Shown here: positions 30,011-35,585 of the stretch, in pieces
How positions within the stretch are numbered: position 1 is the first letter of the stretch
Layout: each line of letters starts with the position of its first letter
DNA from: a virus
Length of the DNA stretch: 35,585 nucleotides
Virus record (IMG/VR): IMGVR_UViG_3300012348_000060
Location: 1-35,585 of that record
Strand: one strand, 5' to 3'
Notes under the pieces: model-generated
Databases searched by the model: none
What the model saw: the letters and a program-made list of their open reading frames with translations, nothing else
What the model was told of the DNA's origin: nothing
Program-made: the position numbers and the translations under genes

Positions 30011-32403
30011 TGCTTAATCAGAATCTACTCCTAACTGGAGATGACGGCTACAACTTAACTAATTCTTTAAGATTTAGAGATAGTGCTTCTGCTTATTTAA
30101 ATCGTACCCCAGCTAGTGCAAGTAATCGAAGAACTTGGACTTGGAGTGGATGGGTTAAACGAGGCACACTTGGCGCAATAAACGATGGAATTTTTAGCGC
30201 TGGAACTTCGTTTGGAACAAACAACAACGACCTTCAAACAATTACATTTAATAATGATGCTATTGTTTTAGTATCAGAAGTAGGTGGTAGTACTCAATAC
30301 AATTTAGTTACATCACAAGTGTTTAGAGACCCATCTGCTTGGTATCATTTTGTTATTGCTTTTGATACAACACAAGCAACATCTTCAAATAGAGTTAAGT
30401 TATATGTTAACGGCTTACAAGTAACTGCTTTTTCAACTTCTACCTATCCATCACAAAATTATGATGGTTGGATAAACTCAGCAAATCAACATCGTATTGC
30501 AAGTAGAGTTTCTCCAGATTTTGATGGCTATATGGCTGAAGTAAACTTTATTGACGGTCAAGCCCTTACCCCATCATCATTCGGTTCTACAAACGCATTA
30601 ACAGGTGTATGGCAACCAGCTAAATACACAGGTACATACGGCACTAACGGATTCTATTTACCGTTTACCGATAACTCTGCATTAACTACATCATCCAATG
30701 TGGGATTAGGCAGGGACTACTCAGGCAACGGTAACTATTGGACTACAAACAATATCAGTATTACTGCTGGTTCTACTTACGATTCAATGACTGATGTTCC
30801 AACATTGACAAGTGCGACAACGGCTAATTATGCGGTAATGAATCCACTTAATTCTGCATCATCTATGACACCTTCAGGTGGTAATCTAAATGTTGTTACT
30901 TCTGGTGTTTCAGTTTCATCTGTTTCAACAATAGCTGTAAATTCAGGCAAATGGTATTGTGAAATTACTATAGCGAATGTACAAGATTCAACTATATTAG
31001 GAATAGCTCCTTCAGATAGAAGTTATTTAAGCGGTGCTTTTTATTCTGTAACTGGTGGTGTTGGGTATTATCAAGACGGAACTAAATTTATTAGTGGTTC
31101 GCAAAGCTCATATGGCGCTTCTTATACCACTAATGATGTAATTGGTATTGCACTAGATATGGATGCTGGAACAGTAGCATTCTATAAAAACAATACTAGC
31201 CAAGGAACTGCTGCTAGCGGATTAACAGGCGGGTATTACTTTGCTGTTGGGGATGCTTCTTCAGGCTCAAATACATCATACAATGTAAACTTCGGTCAGC
31301 GCCCATTCACCTACACTCCACCAACAGGCTTTGTAGCACTCAATACTTTTAACTTACCAGAGCCAAGTATTAAGGCTGGTAATAAGTATATGGATGCTTT
31401 GACTTGGACTGGTGATGGCACTTCTCCAAAAGCAAGAACTGGGTATAACTTTTCTCCTGATTTTGTTTGGACTAAAGGTAGAAGTGGCGCAACAGACCAC
31501 GCTCTATTTGATAGAGTAAGGGGAACTGGAGCTAAAGTTCTTGAAAGCAATATGACTGATGCAGAAAACAACTATGGATTAACAGTTGATTCTTTTGATG
31601 CAAATGGATTTACTACTTCTACTGGAAGTTTTAATCACTCATATGCAAATAGTAATGGCGCAACTTATGTAGGATGGGCATGGAAAGCTAATGGCACAGG
31701 AGTAACCAATACTGCTGGCTCTATTACATCTACAGTAAGTGCTAATCCTACTGCTGGGTTTAGTGTTGTTACTTATACAGGTAACGGCTCTAGTAGTGCT
31801 ACAGTTGGGCATGGTTTGGGTGTTGCACCTAGCATGATTATTGTTAAATCAAGAAGCAATACATATAGTTGGTTTATTAGGCATAGTTCATTAACGGCTG
31901 GATACCAATTACGATTTACAGCTGATGCACAAGAACAAGTAAGTACGGCAACTACCGCTGGCGGTTTAGGTTCAGGGACTAGTTCTGTAATTAATTTTAT
32001 TGCTGGCTCATCTAATGTAGATAATGTCAATGCAAACTCTGCAACTTATGTAGCCTACTGCTTTGCAGAAGTAGCTGGATATTCTAAGTTTGGCTCATAC
32101 ACAGGCAATGGCTCTACTGATGGGACTTTTGTGCATCTTGGGTTTAGACCTAAGTTTGTGATGATGAAAAGTACTAGCACAGCAGTACCTTGGGTTATGT
32201 ATGACTCTGCTAGAGATACATACAATGTTGGAGCATCAAATTTATATCCAAACCTTTCAAATGCTGAAGGTGTTGGTGCATCAATAGATTTTTTATCCAA
32301 CGGGTTTAAACTCAGGACAGCATCAGGAGATGCAAACCCATCAGGAAATGCAATCTACATGGCCTTTGCCGAAAACCCATTCAAAAATTCTTTAGCGAGG
32401 TAA
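30010..32403 (+). CDS. tail fibre / receptor-binding protein with LamG-like and SPRY domains
   Basis: NRRTWTWSGWVKRG ... (a ConA/LamG-like N-terminal region). GKWYCEITI ... GGVGYYQDG ... NDVIGIALDMDAGTVAFYKNN matches the SPRY consensus. Confidence 0.65.
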   Translation: MLNQNLLLTGDDGYNLTNSLRFRDSASAYLNRTPASASNRRTWTWSGWVKRGTLGAINDGIFSAGTSFGTNNNDLQTITFNNDAIVLVSEVGGSTQYNLVTSQVFRDPSAWYHFVIAFDTTQATSSNRVKLYVNGLQVTAFSTSTYPSQNYDGWINSANQHRIASRVSPDFDGYMAEVNFIDGQALTPSSFGSTNALTGVWQPAKYTGTYGTNGFYLPFTDNSALTTSSNVGLGRDYSGNGNYWTTNNISITAGSTYDSMTDVPTLTSATTANYAVMNPLNSASSMTPSGGNLNVVTSGVSVSSVSTIAVNSGKWYCEITIANVQDSTILGIAPSDRSYLSGAFYSVTGGVGYYQDGTKFISGSQSSYGASYTTNDVIGIALDMDAGTVAFYKNNTSQGTAASGLTGGYYFAVGDASSGSNTSYNVNFGQRPFTYTPPTGFVALNTFNLPEPSIKAGNKYMDALTWTGDGTSPKARTGYNFSPDFVWTKGRSGATDHALFDRVRGTGAKVLESNMTDAENNYGLTVDSFDANGFTTSTGSFNHSYANSNGATYVGWAWKANGTGVTNTAGSITSTVSANPTAGFSVVTYTGNGSSSATVGHGLGVAPSMIIVKSRSNTYSWFIRHSSLTAGYQLRFTADAQEQVSTATTAGGLGSGTSSVINFIAGSSNVDNVNANSATYVAYCFAEVAGYSKFGSYTGNGSTDGTFVHLGFRPKFVMMKSTSTAVPWVMYDSARDTYNVGASNLYPNLSNAEGVGASIDFLSNGFKLRTASGDANPSGNAIYMAFAENPFKNSLAR

Positions 32404-32405
32404 TT

Positions 32406-32939
32406 ATGTTTTTAATCAATGGAAAACCATTACAAATCGATACCCCATTTACAGATGCAGAAGGCAATCAATATCCTTATAACTGGCTTCGCTTATCTAC
32501 TGCTGAAGATAAAGCTAGAGTCGGTATTACTGAGGTAGCCGATGAAGATACATCTTTTGATAATCGCTTCTACTGGGCTAAAGATTTGCCTAAAGCCCTA
32601 GAAGATAAAGAAGAAGTAGATGAAGATGGTAAGCCAATCTATGTACAGAAGTGGAATCCTGTTACTGAGAAAATGGAAAACACAACTAAGCGCTTAGTAA
32701 CTAAGGGTCTAAAGTCTAACTTCATTGCACAAGTAAAGCATACTGCTGGAACTATCCTTGCTCAAACAGACTGGATGGTTATTCGTAAGGCAGAACGCAA
32801 TGTAGACATTCCAGCATCCGTAGTTGCTTATCGTGCAGAGGTAGTTGCTAAGGCTGACGAACTAGAGGCTGCTATTAGTGCAGTTACTACAGTTGAGGAG
32901 TTAGCTGCATTGAATCTGTCTTTCCCTGCTAAGGATTAA
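32406..32939 (+). CDS. tail fibre assembly / chaperone-like protein (putative)
   Basis: It lies directly after the fibre gene. The AQTDWMVIRKAERNVDIPASVVAYRAEV motif is typical of fibre assembly proteins. Confidence 0.45.
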   Translation: MFLINGKPLQIDTPFTDAEGNQYPYNWLRLSTAEDKARVGITEVADEDTSFDNRFYWAKDLPKALEDKEEVDEDGKPIYVQKWNPVTEKMENTTKRLVTKGLKSNFIAQVKHTAGTILAQTDWMVIRKAERNVDIPASVVAYRAEVVAKADELEAAISAVTTVEELAALNLSFPAKD

Positions 32940-32941
32940 AC

Positions 32942-33148
32942 ATGGTTGATATTGACCCCATTGAGTACGGTAAGTTAGTTAATTCCGTAGAAAACCTAGA
33001 GCGTAAAGTAGATGCTATGGATAACGACATTAAGAAGTTAGTGGCTATGGCAGAGCGCAGCAAAGGTTCTCTTTGGGCTTTGATGGGTGTTGCATCTGTA
33101 GCTGGTGCTTTTATTAGCTATATTACAGAGATTATCTTTAAAAAATGA
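32942..33148 (+). CDS. small tail-anchored membrane protein (lysis accessory / holin candidate)
   Basis: 68 aa. It has an N-terminal coiled coil and a C-terminal TM segment LWALMGVASVAGAFISYITEIIF-KK. Confidence 0.45.
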   Translation: MVDIDPIEYGKLVNSVENLERKVDAMDNDIKKLVAMAERSKGSLWALMGVASVAGAFISYITEIIFKK

Positions 33149-33513
33149 TACTAGAAACAATCATTGGCGCATTAGTCCCAGTCGGTATAGACGGGATTAA
33201 AAGCCTAATAGGCAAGTTCTCAGGCGGTGTAAAGCCTATCTCGGTTGATGAGCAGATAAAGCTAGACAACAACGAAATAAACAAGTTACAGGCCCTTGCT
33301 GCATTAGATAACCCTTACGGATCACCTAGCCAATGGGTAGTGGATCTAAGGGCATCTAGTCGCTATCTAGGGGCATTGTTTGTGATCCTTGTAGGCATTG
33401 GCACATTGTTTCTGCCTGTAGCCACAGAGATTCAGCGCATTGGCATAGAGGCCGCTAACATTGCCTTTGGCTTTCTGTTTGGCACTCGTATTATGGCTAA
33501 CCTTAAAAAATGA
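33145..33513 (+). CDS. holin (GTA-type 3-TM holin-like)
   Basis: 122 aa, with an amphipathic N-terminus, a central helical region and C-terminal TM segments. It lies directly upstream of the endolysin with an ATGA overlap. Confidence 0.5.
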   Translation: MILETIIGALVPVGIDGIKSLIGKFSGGVKPISVDEQIKLDNNEINKLQALAALDNPYGSPSQWVVDLRASSRYLGALFVILVGIGTLFLPVATEIQRIGIEAANIAFGFLFGTRIMANLKK

Positions 33514-34028
33514 CCAAAAACTTTAGAGATTGTTTAGAGTTAGTTTTAAAGCATGAGGGCGGTTTCGTAAATCACTCAAAAGATCCAGGCGGCATCACCA
33601 ACCTTGGCGTTACTAAGCGAGTTTGGGAAGATTGGGTCGGGCATCCTGTTACTGAAAAGGATATGCGAGCATTAACGCCTGCGCTTGTAGCCCCTATGTA
33701 CGAAATGCGCTACTGGCGGCCTAGCTATTGCGAGAAGCTGCCAAGAGGATTGGATTTGTTAGTTTTTTCTATGGCTGTAAACGCTGGCGCTGGTCGTAGC
33801 GTTAAGTTACTGCAAGATGCAATTGGTGTAGTAGCAGATGGCGTTATTGGCCCAAACACAATGGCAAGAATAAACGAGGCTAATGTAGAAACATTGATAG
33901 ATAAGTTTTCAGAAGCTCGTACAGCGTACTACAAGGGCTTAAAGCTATTTCCTGTATTTGGTAGGGGTTGGCTAAACCGCACAGATAAAGAGCGCTTAGA
34001 AGCCCTACAAATGGCCAAGAACGGCTAA
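33510..34028 (+). CDS. endolysin, GH108 lysozyme-like N-terminal domain with C-terminal peptidoglycan-binding domain
   Basis: LKHEGGFVNHSKDPGGITNLGVT ... and VADGVIGPNTMARIN are signatures of GH108 and the associated PG-binding domain. Confidence 0.8.
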   Translation: MTKNFRDCLELVLKHEGGFVNHSKDPGGITNLGVTKRVWEDWVGHPVTEKDMRALTPALVAPMYEMRYWRPSYCEKLPRGLDLLVFSMAVNAGAGRSVKLLQDAIGVVADGVIGPNTMARINEANVETLIDKFSEARTAYYKGLKLFPVFGRGWLNRTDKERLEALQMAKNG

Positions 34029-34486
34029 AAAGGCTGTGTAAGATCAACATACTTAAAATGCTTGACTGGGACATCAAAAAACAACTCGCCAGCAGGGACT
34101 TCAAAATTCTTGACCTCTATCAATGGACAGCCTTCAATCACCTCAGCTTTCGCCCAATACGCATGGATTAAGTCGTGAGTTAGTGCAAAAAATAGCACAG
34201 GGAGATCTTGCTGAAATAGCTTCTCTTTACGCTGCGCACAATGAATGGTGGGATAGTGGCAGTAAGCCCAACTCCGAACTTCTACTTCAATATAACCAAC
34301 TAGCTTTCCTGCTCTATGTACGAGTAAATCTACTCCATACACATTAGGGTTTTCCCTACAATCCAGCCCCCACTTCATCTTTACCCATTTCGTCACCGCT
34401 TCCCTCGCTGGTGGATCGTATTGGTTGTGAAGGCTCTGGCTGAACTTCTTTCTTAAAGATTGCATCCCAGTTTGTACGGTAATCAT
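34025..34486 (-). CDS. PD-(D/E)XK-like fold protein (putative nuclease; start uncertain)
   Basis: 153-aa ORF. YGVDLLV ... GYIEVEVR resembles the D ... ExE/K core. Its 5' 131 nt overlap another ORF in a different frame. Confidence 0.4.
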   Translation of the reverse strand: MITVQTGMQSLRKKFSQSLHNQYDPPAREAVTKWVKMKWGLDCRENPNVYGVDLLVHRAGKLVGYIEVEVRSWAYCHYPTIHCAQRKEKLFQQDLPVLFFALTHDLIHAYWAKAEVIEGCPLIEVKNFEVPAGELFFDVPVKHFKYVDLTQPF

Positions 34487-34514
34487 CGCTTACTTTTTTT
34501 TGGTTTTCATTCAT
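34356..34514 (-). CDS. small protein (52 aa) with YRTNWDAIFKK motif
   Basis: ATG 34514 within the track ORF. The Y+.NWD.IF motif is frequent at the N-termini of small phage proteins. The tail is low-complexity. Confidence 0.4.
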   Translation of the reverse strand: MNENQKKVSDDYRTNWDAIFKKEVQPEPSQPIRSTSEGSGDEMGKDEVGAGL

Positions 34515-34543
34515 GGTAATGCCAGACTGATCGGAAGGGTTAA

Positions 34544-35023
34544 TTAAATATGGTTTGCCCACTCTTTATGATATTTATTTCTTGCTTCAATTGCTACCAA
34601 TTCAGCCAACTCAAAGTCTTTAAAAACTCCTAAATGCTTTGGTTTTCCATTTACCCTTATTTGAACACGCCAATTGTTAGTTCTTTTAATCCAACTAACT
34701 CCCTTTGCGCCAGATGTGTTTGTTTTCTTTAATCTAGCGTTCCAGTTGTTGTGTAAAACTGTGGTTGGCCTTAAATTCTCTATTTTGTTGTTTAATCTAT
34801 TGCAGTCTATGTGGTCAATTAAAGACTCTGCATCATCAAACATCATTATATAAATCAATCTATGTAACTTATATTCTTGATTATTTAATCCAACGCAATA
34901 GTAATTTTTGTTTTTTAAAAAGCCAGCTTTTGTGTTTGTATTTTTCCAATACAAATCGCCATCTTTGTATAAAAAAATCTCGTTTAAATATTGTTTTGTT
35001 AGTGTAGAATATTTGTTAGCCAT
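34544..35023 (-). CDS. HNH homing endonuclease with C-terminal AP2 DNA-binding domain
   Basis: DHIDCNRLNNKIENLR (HNH_3-type) followed by GAKGVSWIKRTNNWRVQIRVNGKPKHLGVFKDFELAELVAIEARNKYH (AP2). The gene looks very AT-rich by eye (not counted). ATG 35023 is preferred over TTG 35041. Confidence 0.8.
   Translation of the reverse strand: MANKYSTLTKQYLNEIFLYKDGDLYWKNTNTKAGFLKNKNYYCVGLNNQEYKLHRLIYIMMFDDAESLIDHIDCNRLNNKIENLRPTTVLHNNWNARLKKTNTSGAKGVSWIKRTNNWRVQIRVNGKPKHLGVFKDFELAELVAIEARNKYHKEWANHI
35003..35010 (+). promoter_or_regulatory. TGTAGAAT octamer antisense to the 5' end of the HNH-AP2 gene
   Basis: Exact copy of the octamer seen at the other putative promoters. It points away from all annotated genes in this region. 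Confidence 0.3.
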
Positions 35024-35054
35024 CTTTGCATCCCTTGTCAATGGTGGTTAGAAG

Positions 35055-35094
35055 TGCCTAGTCAGTTAGTAGCTGCTAGGCATTTCGTTATTTT
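35055..35094 (+). terminator. Plus-strand-oriented intrinsic terminator in a minus-strand gene region
   Basis: TGCCTAG (35055-35061) pairs with CTAGGCA (35076-35082), plus an inner CAG/CTG pair. TTTCGTTATTTT follows. The reverse orientation has no U-tract. Confidence 0.45.
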
Positions 35095-35168
35095 ACATCA
35101 ATGCTAGTTTGATCGGAAGAGAACTAGCGGAAACCTCGTGAAGGATTGCAGCCGATCTCTTAGTGGGG

Positions 35169-35321
35169 TTATGGGGCTAAGGCAGCTTCCTTTTGGGCCT
35201 TTAGCATTGGCGCTGATTTACGGATTGTTTCTAGTTCCGCAACAAACGCCTGCTCTATTTGCTCAATCGTAAAGCCTTGCCTTAGAAACTTTAGTACCAG
35301 GTCGGTAATTTGTTGTTGCAT
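35169..35321 (-). CDS. hypothetical small protein (50 aa)
   Basis: Hand-found ORF: MQQQITDLVLKFLRQGFTIEQIEQAFVAELETIRKSAPMLKAQKEAALAP. The start lies 1 nt after the upstream stop (TAATATG). Confidence 0.45.
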   Translation of the reverse strand: MQQQITDLVLKFLRQGFTIEQIEQAFVAELETIRKSAPMLKAQKEAALAP

Positions 35322-35322
35322 A

Positions 35323-35460
35323 TTAAAAGCAATTAACAATATTGCCGCAGACCGTACAAGTAGTTAGTTTGCCGTTTACGATAATTGTAGTGGTTTGGCA
35401 AGCGTAAGCTACTGACCCTAGTAACATATATGTTACCAATGCTAAAGCTATCTTTTTCAT
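35323..35460 (-). CDS. secreted four-Cys mini-protein (45-aa precursor, about 25-aa mature)
   Basis: MKKIALALVTYMLLGSVAYA|CQTTTIIVNGKLTTCTVCGNIVNCF. It has a Sec-type signal with an AYA cleavage motif. GAGGAG SD, and ATG 35460 lies 10 nt after the SSB-like stop. Confidence 0.55.
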   Translation of the reverse strand: MKKIALALVTYMLLGSVAYACQTTTIIVNGKLTTCTVCGNIVNCF

Positions 35461-35470
35461 ATCATTCTCC

Positions 35471-35585
35471 TCAGAATGGGACAGAATCGAAATCATCATC
35501 AATGATTTTCTTAGGCATTTCGTCATCGCCCTTGGCCTTAAAGTTGCTGCGCTCCTTCTCTTTGCCAATCGCAATGCTAAAGAAC
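35471..35585 (-). CDS. SSB-like protein, 3' part (same gene as 1-204 across the circular junction)
   Basis: The frame is continuous through the 55-bp duplicated end. The stop TGA is at 35473-35471. Confidence 0.6.
   Translation of the reverse strand, partial: FFSIAIGKEKERSNFKAKGDDEMPKKIIDDDFDSVPF
35531..35585. repeat. Terminal direct repeat, copy 2 (identical to 1-55)
   Basis: Exact identity with 1-55. Confidence 0.95.

Noticed and set aside
29297-32403. Possible diversity-generating retroelement targeting the fibre genes
   Set aside because: No reverse transcriptase ORF exists anywhere in the genome. I saw no template/variable repeat pair of about 100 bp or more.
34494-34501. A8 homopolymer as a programmed frameshift site joining the 52-codon ORF to the 153-codon ORF
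   Set aside because: The target frame contains a TAA between the A-run and its first ATG, so a slip here cannot produce a fusion protein.
35323-35460. The secreted mini-protein as an o-spanin or other lipoprotein
   Set aside because: The residues before the Cys (V-A-Y-A-C) do not fit the lipobox L-[ASTVI]-[GAS]-C. The gene is in the early operon far from the lysis block, and the mature part is not Pro-rich.

Overview
The window is a complete tailed-phage genome of about 35.5 kb. It looks podovirus-like, since I recognised no tape-measure, sheath or tube genes. Bases 1-55 are identical to 35531-35585, so the unique sequence is 35,530 bp and the map closes into a circle. An SSB-like gene reads straight across the junction. 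Layout: (1) A leftward early operon on the minus strand runs from 2788 down to 1 and continues from 35530 down to 34025. It consists of tightly coupled small genes (ATGA / TAATG start-stop overlaps). It includes an Erf annealase, a YqaJ-type exonuclease, an SSB-like protein, a signal-peptide-bearing 4-Cys mini-protein, an HNH-AP2 homing endonuclease and a PD-(D/E)XK-like protein. (2) A control region at 2790-4171 holds palindromic TCTACA/TGTAGA sites, a Cro/YdaS-like HTH gene and a resolvase-like nuclease. It also contains an unusually long 605-nt non-coding stretch. That stretch splits into a GC-richer, hairpin-dense block (candidate ncRNA) and an AT-rich iteron field (candidate origin). (3) Rightward early/middle genes at 4172-7558 include small ORFs, a minimal C5-MTase-like protein and a Ref-like HNH nuclease. 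(4) A reverse-oriented two-gene cassette at 7555-8905 (HTH-metallophosphoesterase + SprT-like Zn protease) is driven from a back-to-back divergent promoter palindrome. (5) Next come an HNH endonuclease, a sigma-region-4/Q-like regulator, a GT2 glycosyltransferase, a HiPIP-like Cys protein, conserved small basic proteins, another HNH, an XAT-type acetyltransferase and a SAM methyltransferase. (6) The morphogenesis block at 13266-32939 has TerS, TerL, portal, scaffold, major capsid and a second glycosyltransferase. It continues with adaptor/tail proteins, a 10 x 20-aa repeat protein, four glycine-zipper ejection-type proteins with an embedded GNAT-like gene, and tail fibres including a LamG+SPRY protein. 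(7) The lysis block at 32942-34028 has membrane proteins and a GH108-type endolysin. By eye I recognised no tRNA, rRNA, CRISPR array, integrase, CI-type repressor, DNA polymerase, primase or helicase. All functional calls are motif-level readings of the translated ORFs, not database searches.
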